Notes under the pieces: model-generated | Databases searched by the model: none | What the model was told of the DNA's origin: nothing | Seen by the model: only the letters and a program-made list of their open reading frames with translations | Program-made: the position numbers and the translations under genes | From: Candidatus Endomicrobiellum incisitermitis | GTDB lineage: Bacteria; Elusimicrobiota; Endomicrobiia; Endomicrobiales; Endomicrobiaceae | Length of the DNA: 64,000 bases | Direction of reading: 5' to 3' | NCBI GenBank assembly: GCA_031275795.1 | Contig: JAISOG010000005.1 | Location: 69-64,068, forward strand | Part shown: in pieces, positions 10,187 to 20,717 of the stretch | Layout: each line of letters starts with the position of its first letter | How positions within the stretch are numbered: position 1 is the first letter of the stretch

Positions 10187-10924
10187 ATGAAAAAAAGTAA
10201 AAACAAAGAACGTTTAGACGTTGTTATGTTTAAAAAAGGCATGTCTGAAACTCGCACTAAAGCTCAGAGCTTTATAATGGCTGGCAATGCTTTTGTTAAT
10301 GGAGAAGTTGAATATAAACCCGGTGCTTTAGTTGATGAAAATGTCTTAATAGAAGTGAAGAATATAAACCCCTATGTTTCTAGGGGCGGTTTAAAACTAG
10401 AATCTGCTTTGAATGCTTTGAGTATTTCTGTAAAAGGGTATATTTGTTTAGATATAGGTGCTTCAACAGGTGGTTTTACAGATTGTATGCTTCAAAACGG
10501 AGCAAGTAAGGTTTATGCGGTAGATGTTGGGTCTGGGCAGCTGCACTACAAATTAAGAAATGACAATCGTGTTATAAATATAGAAAATGTTAATTTTAGA
10601 TATTTTGATATTTCAGTTTTGAAAGATCAAATAGATTTTGCAACAATAGATGTTTCTTTTATATCTTTAGATAAAATTTTGCCTATAGTTTATAAAAGTG
10701 TTAAGGAAAACGGGTTTGTTTTAGCTATGATAAAACCTCAATTTGAGTTAACTAGTGTAGAAGTAAAGAAAGGTGTTGTAAGAGAGGAAAATTTAAGACA
10801 AAAAGCGATAAGTAAAATTAAACAAGTTGCATTGGATTTAAATTTTAAAATTATTTCTGAAGCAGATTCTGATCTTAAAGGACCAAAAGGAAACTTAGAA
10901 CACTTTGTGTTATTGCAAAAATAG
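10187..10924 (+). CDS. tlyA: TlyA-family rRNA 2'-O-methyltransferase (S4 + FtsJ domains)
   Basis: RLDVVMFKKG..SRTKAQSFI (S4 domain) and the SAM motif CLDIGASTGGFTDCMLQNGA..VYAVDVG. The xseAB-ispA-dxs-tlyA order is a known conserved arrangement. Confidence 0.85.
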   Translation: MKKSKNKERLDVVMFKKGMSETRTKAQSFIMAGNAFVNGEVEYKPGALVDENVLIEVKNINPYVSRGGLKLESALNALSISVKGYICLDIGASTGGFTDCMLQNGASKVYAVDVGSGQLHYKLRNDNRVINIENVNFRYFDISVLKDQIDFATIDVSFISLDKILPIVYKSVKENGFVLAMIKPQFELTSVEVKKGVVREENLRQKAISKIKQVALDLNFKIISEADSDLKGPKGNLEHFVLLQK

Positions 10925-10938
10925 GAGCAGTAATTAAC

Positions 10939-11235
10939 ATGAAAAAACTTAATATGCTTTTAAATAGGTTGGAAAAACAAAAACCTTTACTAAAAAAATT
11001 ATATAAGGTAAAAAATATAGGTATTTTTGGTTCTTATTCAAAAGGGCAACAAAACGTGCAAAGCGATTTGGATATTCTTGTTGAATTCTCAAAACCTATA
11101 GGATTATTAGATTATTTGTCGCTTGAAGAAAAATTAAGTATCTGCACGAAAAAAAAAGTTGATTTAGTGATGAAATCTGCATTAAAACCAAAGATAGGAG
11201 AGAGAATTTTAAAAGAGGTTGTATATGTCAAGTGA
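10939..11235 (+). CDS. Minimal nucleotidyltransferase (MNT antitoxin-like)
   Basis: GIFGSYSKGQQNVQSDLDILVEF (GS-x-DxD). Confidence 0.8.
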   Translation: MKKLNMLLNRLEKQKPLLKKLYKVKNIGIFGSYSKGQQNVQSDLDILVEFSKPIGLLDYLSLEEKLSICTKKKVDLVMKSALKPKIGERILKEVVYVK

Positions 11236-11584
11236 TAAAGAATATATAGATTATATTCAGGATATTATCTTGTCATGCCTAGATGTGAAGTCTTTTATAA
11301 AGAATAGTTCAAAAGAAAATTTTTGTAGTGACAAAAAAACGATTTATGCAACTATAAGGGCTATTGAAATAATAGGTGAGGCTTCAAAAAAAATTCCATT
11401 GAATATACGTTCTCAATATATTAATATTCCTTGGAAAGAGATAGCAGGTATGAGAGATAAATTAATCCATGATTATTTTGGGATTGATGTTGAAGTTTTG
11501 TGGAAAACTGCTAAATATGATGTTGCTTATATTAAGTTTGAATTTGAAAAAATTTTAAAGAATATAAAAAAATATAAAATTTGA
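11219..11584 (+). CDS. HEPN/DUF86 (HepT-like) protein
   Basis: R-x4-H motif in AGMRDKLIHDYFGIDVEVLW. Overlaps the upstream MNT by 17 nt. Confidence 0.8.
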   Translation: MYMSSDKEYIDYIQDIILSCLDVKSFIKNSSKENFCSDKKTIYATIRAIEIIGEASKKIPLNIRSQYINIPWKEIAGMRDKLIHDYFGIDVEVLWKTAKYDVAYIKFEFEKILKNIKKYKI

Positions 11585-11594
11585 AGAAGGGAAA

Positions 11595-14039
11595 ATGGCA
11601 GATTATAATCATTCTAAAGTAGAAAAGAAATGGCAAGAGATATGGTCAAAAACTAAAGTTTTTGAGACTAAAGAGGATTTAAACAAAGAGAAATATTATT
11701 GTTTAGAAATGCTTCCTTATCCATCTGGAAACTTGCATATGGGCCATGTTAGGAATTATAGTATTGGTGATGTGAGTGCACGTTTTCATAGAATGAAAGG
11801 AAAAAATGTTTTATATCCTATGGGCTGGGATGCTTTTGGATTGCCTGCAGAAAATGCTGCAATAAAAAACAATGTTCATCCTGCAAAATGGACTAAACAA
11901 AATATTTCACGTATGAAAGAGCAATTAAAAGCTTTAGGGATCTCTTATGATTGGAGCAGGGAGATTGCAACATGTGATGCAGACTACTATAGATGGACTC
12001 AATGGCTTTTTATAAAAATGTGGGAAAAGGGCTTAGTTTTTAGAAAAAGTGCTAATGTTAATTGGTGTCCATCTTGCCAAACTGTGCTTGCAAACGAACA
12101 AGTTTCAAACGGTTTGTGTTGGAGATGTGATAGTCATACAGAGCATAGAGAGTTGGAACAATGGTTTATAAGGATTACAACTTATGCTGATGAGCTTTTA
12201 GAGGGGCATAAATATCTTGAAGGTTGGCCAGAACAGGTTTTGTTAATGCAGAAAAACTGGATAGGTAAATCTTGTGGGGCAGAGATAGGCTTTTCAGTAG
12301 CTGGTACAGATAAAAGGCTAAAAATATTTACAACAAGGCCAGACACTATTTTCGGTGTAACTTTTATGGTTATTGCTCCAGAACATGAACTTATTAATGA
12401 GATGAAATCTCAAATTGTAAATTATGATAAAGTATTAGAATATGTACTTGCTAGTAGCAGAAAGTCAAATATAGAAAGGTCTTCAAGTAAAGAAAAGACA
12501 GGTATAAGATTAGAAGGTGTTAATGCAATAAATCCAGCTACAGGAAAAGAAATTCCTATTTTTACAGCAGACTATGTTTTAACAGGGTACGGTACTGGAG
12601 CGATTATGGCTGTTCCTGCTCATGATCAGAGAGATTGGGACTTTGCTAAAAAATACAATGTCCCCATTATAGAAGTTATTAAGAGCGACAATTCTGATGT
12701 TAATAATTGCGCTTATGAAGGAGAAGGTAATCTTGTAAACTCAGGTCAATTTAATGATATAAAATCTACAGAAGCTTTTGATAGAATTACGCAATGGATA
12801 CAGGAACAAGGCTTTGGCAAACAAGCAGTTAACTTCAAGTTAAAAGATTGGCTTATATCCAGGCAAAGATATTGGGGAACACCCATACCTATGATTTATT
12901 GTAAAGATTGTGGGGTTGTGCCTGTGCCTGAAAAAGATTTGCCTGTATTGTTGCCAGAAGATGTTAAATTTACAGGTAAAGGAGAGTCCCCGTTAAAAAC
13001 CAGTAAAACTTTTGTGCATGTAAAATGCCCAAAATGTGGTAAAGATGCACAAAGAGAAACAGATACGATGGACACTTTTGTTGACTCTTCGTGGTACTAT
13101 GCAAGGTACTGCAATGTTGACAATAACAACGCTGTTTTTGATAGTTCGAAGTTAAATTATTGGATGCCTGTAAATCAGTATATAGGCGGTATAGACCATG
13201 CGTGCATGCATTTAATATATGCAAGGTTTTGGTATAAGTTTATGAGAGATTTGGGTATTGTAAAATATGACGAACCGTTTACAAATCTTTTAACTCAAGG
13301 AATGGTTACATTAGGTGGAAGTGCAATGTCTAAATCAAAAGGTAATATTGTAAGTCCTGATGAAATAATTCCAAAATATGGAGCAGATACTTTAAGACTT
13401 TTTATTCTTTTTGCTGCGCCTGTTGAAAAACAACTTGATTGGTCTTCAGATGGCCTTGAAGGGTGTTGGAGATTTGTAAACAGAGTGTGGCGTCTTTTTG
13501 ATATTGTAAATACTAAATCTGTTGAAGTTGCTTGTCAAAAAGATAAAGACAGTTTATTAAAATTAATGCATCAAACTATTAAGAAAGTTACTTGTGATAT
13601 TGAAGAAAAACTTCAACTTAACACCGCAATTTCTTTTATTATGGAACTTGTAAATGCCTTATATCTTTATAAATACCATTCAAATGATGAAGGCTTATCT
13701 TTGCAAGTATATAAAACTGTAATTCTTTTAATGGCTCCTTTTGCTCCACACCTTTGTGAAGAACTATGGCAAAAGTTAGGTCACAGCGACTCTATATCAA
13801 CACATGCGTGGCCTATTTTTGATGAAAACGCGATAAAAGAGTCTTATATAGAGATTCCTGTACAAATAAACGGAAAACTAAAAGGGAAAATAATAGTACC
13901 AATAGATGCAAAAGAAGTTGAAGTTAAAAATATTATAAACACAGACAACAAAATTATGTTGCATTTAGAAGGCAAGCAAATGTTAAAGTTTTTATATATT
14001 AAAAATGAGATAGTCACAATAGTAGTTAAAAATTTATAA
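11595..14039 (+). CDS. leuS: Leucine--tRNA ligase
   Basis: HMGH (PYPSGNLHMGHVRNY) and KMSKS (AMSKSKGN) motifs. 814 aa. Confidence 0.97.
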   Translation: MADYNHSKVEKKWQEIWSKTKVFETKEDLNKEKYYCLEMLPYPSGNLHMGHVRNYSIGDVSARFHRMKGKNVLYPMGWDAFGLPAENAAIKNNVHPAKWTKQNISRMKEQLKALGISYDWSREIATCDADYYRWTQWLFIKMWEKGLVFRKSANVNWCPSCQTVLANEQVSNGLCWRCDSHTEHRELEQWFIRITTYADELLEGHKYLEGWPEQVLLMQKNWIGKSCGAEIGFSVAGTDKRLKIFTTRPDTIFGVTFMVIAPEHELINEMKSQIVNYDKVLEYVLASSRKSNIERSSSKEKTGIRLEGVNAINPATGKEIPIFTADYVLTGYGTGAIMAVPAHDQRDWDFAKKYNVPIIEVIKSDNSDVNNCAYEGEGNLVNSGQFNDIKSTEAFDRITQWIQEQGFGKQAVNFKLKDWLISRQRYWGTPIPMIYCKDCGVVPVPEKDLPVLLPEDVKFTGKGESPLKTSKTFVHVKCPKCGKDAQRETDTMDTFVDSSWYYARYCNVDNNNAVFDSSKLNYWMPVNQYIGGIDHACMHLIYARFWYKFMRDLGIVKYDEPFTNLLTQGMVTLGGSAMSKSKGNIVSPDEIIPKYGADTLRLFILFAAPVEKQLDWSSDGLEGCWRFVNRVWRLFDIVNTKSVEVACQKDKDSLLKLMHQTIKKVTCDIEEKLQLNTAISFIMELVNALYLYKYHSNDEGLSLQVYKTVILLMAPFAPHLCEELWQKLGHSDSISTHAWPIFDENAIKESYIEIPVQINGKLKGKIIVPIDAKEVEVKNIINTDNKIMLHLEGKQMLKFLYIKNEIVTIVVKNL

Positions 14040-14081
14040 GTTTTATATCAAAACGTATAATTAAGTAATCTTGGAGGCAGT

Positions 14082-14660
14082 GTGAAAAAAATTATAATAA
14101 GTGTTTGTGTGCTTTTTATGTATTGTGTATTTTTTACATCTTGTGCGTCTGTGTATACTCCTGCAGATCAAATAATTCCAGAACATATTAAAAATATATA
14201 CGTTCAACCGGTTATTAATGCTACAAATCAGTTTGGTATAGAGGGTAGTTTTACAAACTATATAACAGACGAATTTATGATCGATGGTCGTTTGTCTGTG
14301 GTAAACTCTTCTAAAGAAGCTGATGCAGTTATTATAGTTACAATCAAAAGATATATTTTAGAACCGTTAACATACGATGTAAATGGTGTGGTAGAACAAT
14401 ACAAACTTTGGGTGATAGTTAGCGCGTCTTTAGTGGATAAAGATAATAATGTAAGTCTTTGGACAGAACCAAATTTAGAAGGTATACAAATTTATAGAGA
14501 TACAACAAGAAGACAATCTGGCGACTCCTTTGGTGATGGTATGACAGAAGAAGAAGCAAGACAGATTATATGGACAAAAGTGTCTAGAAATATTGTAAGA
14601 CGTGTTGTCAAAGGATTCGGTTCGGTTACAAGTATTTCATCAAAAAAGGTCCCTGCTTAA
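14082..14660 (+). CDS. lptE: LPS-assembly lipoprotein LptE-like
   Basis: Lipobox FFTSC after a signal peptide, ~190 aa, sitting in the conserved leuS-lptE-holA position. No diagnostic motif beyond that. Confidence 0.6.
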   Translation: MKKIIISVCVLFMYCVFFTSCASVYTPADQIIPEHIKNIYVQPVINATNQFGIEGSFTNYITDEFMIDGRLSVVNSSKEADAVIIVTIKRYILEPLTYDVNGVVEQYKLWVIVSASLVDKDNNVSLWTEPNLEGIQIYRDTTRRQSGDSFGDGMTEEEARQIIWTKVSRNIVRRVVKGFGSVTSISSKKVPA

Positions 14661-15679
14661 TGGCTATTTTAAAAGTAGCAGACTTTAATAAAATAATATC
14701 TTCACAAAAAATAGCTCCTGTATATTTATTTGCTGGGGAAGAAACTTATCTTGTAGATGCTTGTCTTAAATCAGTAGAGAAAATTGTCAATGCAAATAGT
14801 TTAAATAGAGAGATCTTTTACGCATCAGAAAGTTCTGCGCAAGATATTTTAAATGCACTTCAAACATTACCTTTTTTAGGTGAAAAAAGGTTGATTATTG
14901 TTAAAGGGGCAAATAAAATGAAAGCTTCTGATGCTGAGCAACTTTCAGATTATTTGTTAAACATTACAGAAACTTCAATATTAGTTTTGCTTTATAATGA
15001 TAATTATAAAAAGGAGACGATTGCTAAAAGAAAAGAGTTAATCAATAATTGCTTGTCTTCAAAAAGCTGTGTGTCAGTAGATTGTAGAAAACTTTACGAA
15101 AATGAAGTTAAAGAGTTTGTAAAAAAAGAGTTTAATTTTAGAAAGAAAAGTATTTCTCATGACACTATTTTAAAAATACTTGATAATAATGGTACGGATT
15201 TATTAAGCATTACAAGTGAAATAGAAAAAATATGTTTATTTGTTGGCGAAAATAAAAAAGAAGTTAATCAAGAGGATTTAGATTTAATTAGCGGTTATAC
15301 AAAGGAATTAAATATATATTCTCTTTCATCTTGCATAGAGTCAAAGGATTTAAAAAAGGCTTTATTTATATTAGATAAACTTCTAACTAAAGGGGAAGAG
15401 CCTGTTATGGTTTTGTCTGCTATTTCTTCTTCTATAAGAAAAATGCTTAATGCAAAAAGTATGCTAGAAGAACATTCAATGTCGACTCCACAAGTAGCAT
15501 TAAATCTTAAAATTCACAGTTTTTATAGTAGTGCTTTTTTTGCAAATTTAAAAAAACATAGTGTTGATAAACTAAAAGAAACATTAAAGAAAATTTTAGA
15601 AGCTGATATTGCAATTAAAACAGGTTCACTAGACACATCTTTTGCTTTAGAAAAAACTGTTATATATATGTGCACATAA
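14660..15679 (+). CDS. holA: DNA polymerase III delta subunit
   Basis: N-terminal PVYLFAGEETYLVD pattern, ~340 aa, TAATG overlap with lptE, conserved synteny. Confidence 0.8.
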   Translation: MAILKVADFNKIISSQKIAPVYLFAGEETYLVDACLKSVEKIVNANSLNREIFYASESSAQDILNALQTLPFLGEKRLIIVKGANKMKASDAEQLSDYLLNITETSILVLLYNDNYKKETIAKRKELINNCLSSKSCVSVDCRKLYENEVKEFVKKEFNFRKKSISHDTILKILDNNGTDLLSITSEIEKICLFVGENKKEVNQEDLDLISGYTKELNIYSLSSCIESKDLKKALFILDKLLTKGEEPVMVLSAISSSIRKMLNAKSMLEEHSMSTPQVALNLKIHSFYSSAFFANLKKHSVDKLKETLKKILEADIAIKTGSLDTSFALEKTVIYMCT

Positions 15680-15778
15680 TCAAAGAAATTTGAAAGGAAT
15701 TTATTCGTAAATTTTCAGTTTATGAAAAGCCCTGACAGTGCAATTAAGATGACAAAGGAAAGTGTTATAAAGAGGTTG

Positions 15779-15972
15779 CTCTAGTTAAGAATCTTATCTA
15801 CGTTACTAGAGCAATCGCAATAAACATTTAATCAAATTAGCAAACTTGCAAAATGATAAAACAAAAAAGACTTAAATGTATTTTGCTTCAGACAATGCTA
15901 ATTTGCAATATTAAATGTTTATTGCTCATAGACCGCTCTTTGAGGTAACTCCGATAAGATTCTAAACTAGAT
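15779..15972. repeat. Full copy of the ~190-bp long-hairpin repeat
   Basis: The two halves are imperfect inverted repeats: blocks ctagtt.agaatcttatc, aataaacatttaat and caaattagca each reappear as reverse complements. Related copies at 5763-5895, 46455-46560 and 46596-46790. Confidence 0.75.
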
Positions 15973-16171
15973 CCACATTATAAAAACAAACATTATAACA
16001 GGTGCAAAGTTATTTTATTGTAGTCTTTATGCTATAATTAATTGCTTTAAGTATAACTTTATATTTGCGTTTATGTTCAATCTCAAAAGGTTAAGTTGTG
16101 CAGGAAAGCTATACTTAAGTTTAATAAAAATACTATTAAATTTTAATAATTAATATGTGGAGGTTAGATGG

Positions 16172-17158
16172 ATGGCAACAGATATTAATGCGTTAAATAG
16201 CAAAATTGTACAAGAAAGTGTGCTTGTTTCAAAGCTTTTAAATGAGATTTCCAATGTTGTGGTAGGGCAAAGATATGTTTTGGAAAAAATGTTAATAGGA
16301 TTACTTTCTGGAGGGCACGTTTTGCTTGAAGGGTTGCCTGGTCTTGCAAAAACGCTTGCAGTAAGAAGCCTTGCTCAGACTGTACATGCAGACTATAAAA
16401 GAATACAGTTTACTCCAGACTTATTACCGTCAGATATAGTTGGCACTTTAATATATAGTATTCAAAGTGGGAATTTTTCTGTAAAGAAGGGGCCTGTATT
16501 TACAAATATAGTTCTTGCTGATGAAATAAACCGTGCACCCGCAAAAGTGCAAAGCGCTTTGCTGGAAGCTATGCAAGAAAAACAAGTTACTATTGGGGAA
16601 AACACTTATTTTCTTCCAAAACCATTTTTAGTTATGGCTACACAAAATCCTATAGAACAGGAAGGTACCTATCCTTTGCCTGAAGCTCAGGTTGACAGGT
16701 TTATGCTTAAACTAAAAGTTTCATATCCTACAAAAGAAGAAGAAAAAATTATATTGGAAAGAATGACTCACTCGATACCGCAAATAACTGCAGTTTTAAG
16801 TTTAGCAGATGTAGAGAGAATAAGAGGTTTAATAGAACAAATTTATGTAGATGAGAAAGTTAAAAGCTATATAGTAGACATTGTTTTTGCCTCTAGACAG
16901 CCCGAAGAATACGGACTTAAAGAATTAAAAAATTGTATATCTTTTGGCGCTTCTCCTAGAGCGACTATAAACTTAACACTTGCAGCAAAAGTGTATGCAT
17001 TTTTACAAGGTAGAGGATATGTAATTCCAGAAGATATAAAGGAAATAGGTCATGATGTTTTAAGGCATAGAGTTCTTACTACATATGAGGCAGAAGCCGA
17101 CTCTATTACTTCAGATGACATAATTACAAAAATCTTTTCAACTGTACTAGTTCCTTGA
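16172..17158 (+). CDS. MoxR-family AAA+ ATPase
   Basis: Walker A LLEGLPGLAKT, Walker B VLADEINRAPAKVQSALLEAMQE, and QNPIEQEGTYPLPEAQVDRF. GGAGG lies 8 nt before ATG 16172. Confidence 0.92.
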   Translation: MATDINALNSKIVQESVLVSKLLNEISNVVVGQRYVLEKMLIGLLSGGHVLLEGLPGLAKTLAVRSLAQTVHADYKRIQFTPDLLPSDIVGTLIYSIQSGNFSVKKGPVFTNIVLADEINRAPAKVQSALLEAMQEKQVTIGENTYFLPKPFLVMATQNPIEQEGTYPLPEAQVDRFMLKLKVSYPTKEEEKIILERMTHSIPQITAVLSLADVERIRGLIEQIYVDEKVKSYIVDIVFASRQPEEYGLKELKNCISFGASPRATINLTLAAKVYAFLQGRGYVIPEDIKEIGHDVLRHRVLTTYEAEADSITSDDIITKIFSTVLVP

Positions 17159-17204
17159 TCAAAGTCGGTTTTAAAACTTATTAAATTAACAGGGTGCTGC
17201 CATT

Positions 17205-18083
17205 ATGTTAGATAATATATTAGAAAAACAAATACGGCAACTTGAAATAAAGTCAAACAAACTTGTAAATGAGATTTTTGCAGGGCAATATCAAAGTATT
17301 TTCAAAGGGCAAGGTATAGAGTTTGCCGAGGTTAGAGAATATCAAATAGGTGATGATTTTAGAACTATTGATCGCAATGTTACAGCTCGCCAGGGCAAAC
17401 CTTATATAAAACTTTTTTCTGAAGAAAGAGAACTTACAGTAATTTTTCTTATAGATGTATCTGCATCACAAAATTTTGGTAGTTTTAGTAAACTAAAATC
17501 TGAAATTGCAGCTGAAGTTGCAGCCCTTCTTGCGTTTTCTGCTTTAAAAAATAATGACAGAGCAGGAATGTTATCTTTTACAGATAAAATAGAAAAAATT
17601 ATTACACCTAAAAAAGGTAAAAATAATATTTTAAGAATCATAAACGAGATACTAAACTCTAAATCTAACGGAACAAAAACGTCCATATCTAAAGCGCTTA
17701 AAGCGCTTAATGGAATATGGCGTAAAAAAGCTGTTGTGTTTTTGATTTCAGATTTTCAAGATAAAGATTACAAAAGAGATTTAGCGATAACTTCTAAAAG
17801 ACACGATTTAATATGTGTAAAGATAGAAGATCCAAAAGAAGTTTCTCTCCCTAAATTGGGTCTCATAGAGATGCAAGATCCAGAAACTAAAGAAATTATA
17901 ATGATAAATAGCAATGCAGTTTCTGAAAGTTTTAAGCAAAAAAATAAAGATTTTAACGAAGCAACAGATAAAATATTTAAAGAAGCTAATGTGGGTATAA
18001 TAAGTTTGTATACGCACCAGTCTTATGTAAAACCGTTGATAAAATTTTTTAAGGATAGACATTTACGTAAATCTATAGCTTAA
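17205..18083 (+). CDS. DUF58 (vWA-like) protein, MoxR partner
   Basis: VREYQIGDDFRTIDRNVTARQGKPYIKLFSEERE, the typical DUF58 core. Confidence 0.85.
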   Translation: MLDNILEKQIRQLEIKSNKLVNEIFAGQYQSIFKGQGIEFAEVREYQIGDDFRTIDRNVTARQGKPYIKLFSEERELTVIFLIDVSASQNFGSFSKLKSEIAAEVAALLAFSALKNNDRAGMLSFTDKIEKIITPKKGKNNILRIINEILNSKSNGTKTSISKALKALNGIWRKKAVVFLISDFQDKDYKRDLAITSKRHDLICVKIEDPKEVSLPKLGLIEMQDPETKEIIMINSNAVSESFKQKNKDFNEATDKIFKEANVGIISLYTHQSYVKPLIKFFKDRHLRKSIA

Positions 18084-18107
18084 TGTTATATAAAGATAAA
18101 GGCAAAA

Positions 18108-18983
18108 ATGAGAATACATTTAAAAATTGTTGGTTTAATTATATTTTCCTTTGTTTTTTGCACAAATTTGTGTGCAAGAGAAGAAGTAAGTGCTAGTTTA
18201 AGTAAAAATGAAATTTCTGTTGGAGATATTATAGATTTTACAGTAAAAGCAAAACTAGAACAAAATGCGCAAATAAGCGCAAATCAAGATTTTAGTTTTG
18301 ATGGTTTTGATATTTTAAATTTAGATATTGAGCATATTATTGTAGGCAAAGAAAATGTTTACGAGTTAAAGTTTAAGCTTTTAGCTGACAAGGTAGGAGA
18401 TGTTATTATAAATCCAAATGCAGTGTTTTTTATAAACGCTGACGGGACTAATAATTTGTTTTTTACTCCTAAAAAAAGTGTTGTGGTTAAAAGTATTTTA
18501 GGCCAGGACAATAACTATGATATAAAAGATATTAAAAAACTAAAAAAAATTAGATTAGGAACAATGTGTGTAGTATTAATTTCTATGTTGATAATTCTGA
18601 TTGGTTTAATTTTTTATTTACTTGTTTGTAGCTATATAAACCGACCAAAAGATATAGTAGAAGATCCACAGCTGGAAGCATTAAGAGAGTTAAGTTTATT
18701 GTACGAGACTAGAAGCAGTGTTGATGTGAAAGACTTTTACTATAAAATGTCAAAAATTTTGAGGACTTATATTTCAAAAAAATATAAGTTTTATGCTTTA
18801 GAAATGACAACTTCAGAATTTTTTAAAAAAATGAAACCATTACTACCTAGTACTATAAACGCGTTAGACTTTAAAAAATATTTATCGGTGTTTAACTTAG
18901 CAAGGTATGCTTCGTTTACTCCAAGTCAAACAGAAATAAAAAACAGTTATGATTTTACAAAGACCCTTTTGGAGATTTTATGA
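18108..18983 (+). CDS. Signal-peptide membrane protein of the Bat cluster (function unknown)
   Basis: Signal peptide, central TM helix (VVLISMLIILIGLIFYLLV), and the position between DUF58 and batA. Confidence 0.5.
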   Translation: MRIHLKIVGLIIFSFVFCTNLCAREEVSASLSKNEISVGDIIDFTVKAKLEQNAQISANQDFSFDGFDILNLDIEHIIVGKENVYELKFKLLADKVGDVIINPNAVFFINADGTNNLFFTPKKSVVVKSILGQDNNYDIKDIKKLKKIRLGTMCVVLISMLIILIGLIFYLLVCSYINRPKDIVEDPQLEALRELSLLYETRSSVDVKDFYYKMSKILRTYISKKYKFYALEMTTSEFFKKMKPLLPSTINALDFKKYLSVFNLARYASFTPSQTEIKNSYDFTKTLLEIL

Positions 18984-19984
18984 GATTTGCAAATCCAATA
19001 TTTTTTGTGATTTTTTTGCCTTTATTAATATTGGTATATTTTTACGTTAATGTTTTTAAAACAAAATTGTTTAGAACACATATGGATTTTTCGCGAGTAA
19101 ATTTTTTAAAAGAACTTTCAGTTTTTAATCTAAAAGCACGTCTTTATAAATTGTTGCAAGTTTTTAAGTATATAGCTTTAATTTTTGCCATTATAGCTTT
19201 AGCTAGACCTCAAGAAGGTAAGGTATTTGAAGAAAGTAATGATCAAGGGATAGATATTGTTATGGCCTTAGACACTTCTTCCAGCATGAGTTCTTTAGAT
19301 TTTAAACCTCTTAATAGGATGGAAGCAGCAAAAAAAGTGACTTGCGATTTTATAAGAGAACGTAAATACGATAGGGTTGGACTTGTAATTTTTTCAGGAC
19401 TTGCTTTTACTCAATGTCCTTTAACTACAGATAAAACTTCATTAATAGAATTTGTAAAGAATATCAATATAGGTGATACTGGTTTGGATGGTACAGCAGT
19501 AGGGTCAGCTATAATGACATCAGTTAACAGGTTAAAAGACTCTAAAGTTAAAAGTAAAATTATAATTGTTGTTACAGATGGCAACAATAATACGGGAGAA
19601 ATTGATCCTATAACCGCTTCAAAAATAGCTCAAAACTATAATATTAAAATTTATACTATTGGAGTTGGCAGTTTGGAAGGTGCCATTTATCAAGTAAAAG
19701 ATCCATTTTTCGGGATAAGAGAAGTTAGATCGTCACAAGATGCAATAAATGAAGATGTTTTAAAAGATATAGCAGCAAGTACTGGTGGAAAGTACTTTAG
19801 AGCTCAAGACACAAAATCTTTTGAGGATATTATGCAACAAATAAACAAACTTGAAAAATCTGAAATTAAAGTTACTCAGCACACATCCTACAACGAATTG
19901 TACAAGACTTTTTTGCTAATATCTTTGTGTTTATTGTTAATTACAGTTGTTTTAGAAAACACTTATTTACGAAAACTCCCATGA
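18980..19984 (+). CDS. batA: vWA-domain membrane protein BatA
   Basis: Two N-terminal TM helices, MIDAS motif DTSSSM, TDGNNNTG, and a C-terminal TM anchor. Confidence 0.85.
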   Translation: MRFANPIFFVIFLPLLILVYFYVNVFKTKLFRTHMDFSRVNFLKELSVFNLKARLYKLLQVFKYIALIFAIIALARPQEGKVFEESNDQGIDIVMALDTSSSMSSLDFKPLNRMEAAKKVTCDFIRERKYDRVGLVIFSGLAFTQCPLTTDKTSLIEFVKNINIGDTGLDGTAVGSAIMTSVNRLKDSKVKSKIIIVVTDGNNNTGEIDPITASKIAQNYNIKIYTIGVGSLEGAIYQVKDPFFGIREVRSSQDAINEDVLKDIAASTGGKYFRAQDTKSFEDIMQQINKLEKSEIKVTQHTSYNELYKTFLLISLCLLLITVVLENTYLRKLP

Positions 19985-20258
19985 TATGTATATAGTCCAG
20001 TGGGGCATGCAGTCTAAATTATTTTAAGTTTTGTAGATGTTTATCCCATAGTAAAATTCCTTCTTTTGTTTAATACCAGTGTTTAGATAAGAGAATAATT
20101 GTGTATAAATAATTAATATGATAAAAAATAATAAGATTATTTTAAGTAATGTATGTGTAATCAAATTTCCTAAAAAGGACAAAAAGATGTAGGATATAAT
20201 ATGTAAAGATAGTAAGTATTGAAGTATGTAATGATTAGAATATGGAAGAGAAAAAGGA

Positions 20259-20399
20259 ATGAAAAAATTACCGATAAGGATACAGGCATTTAATGTTTTA
20301 CGAAAAGATGGAGCAAGATATATAGATAAGACAGAGCATATATATAATTTGATAAGTAATGGAAGGATATATTTTTTATCGCGGCATATGTGTTGTTGA
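20259..20399 (+). pseudogene. N-terminal stub of an AAA-ATPase-like / PD-(D/E)XK (DUF1703-type) gene
   Basis: MKKLPIRIQAFNVLRKDGARYIDKTEHIYNLISNGRIYFLSR matches the stereotyped N-terminus of that family. It breaks off where PRRFGKS should follow. Confidence 0.65.
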
Positions 20400-20420
20400 G
20401 ATAGTGCTTATATATACAAA

Positions 20421-20585
20421 AACCCGATACAAGCGTTTAACAGGACAATGCGGAAAGCAGCAAAGAGAAAGGAAGTTTTTCCAAGAGAGGACGTATTGCT
20501 TAAAAATTTGTTTCATGCACGTGCAAGATAGAAAGGAAGTGGACTAAAGTTTGCAATTGTGGCAAAGCTTAGAGCCAATCAGGTT
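20421..20585 (+). pseudogene. IS256-family (mutator) transposase, C-terminal fragment with an internal stop
   Basis: NPIQAFNRTMRKAAKRKEVFPREDVLLKNLFHA then a TAG stop. This is the conserved N-x-IE-x-N-x3-RK-x5-FP tail. Confidence 0.65.
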
Positions 20586-20717
20586 TTAATTATTTTCAAC
20601 AAAAATTAACATTGTCAAAATGTGACTTTGCAAAATCTTATTGGCAGTCTCGAGGGTATTCCTATATCATTAGTCATCAAGCTGATTATTTCTTAAGAGC
20701 AGCGTAGGATTATAAAG

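Noticed and set aside
20359-20547. A 62-aa + strand ORF between batA and batB
   Set aside because: It spans the junction of two pseudogene fragments in a frame that matches neither. No RBS.
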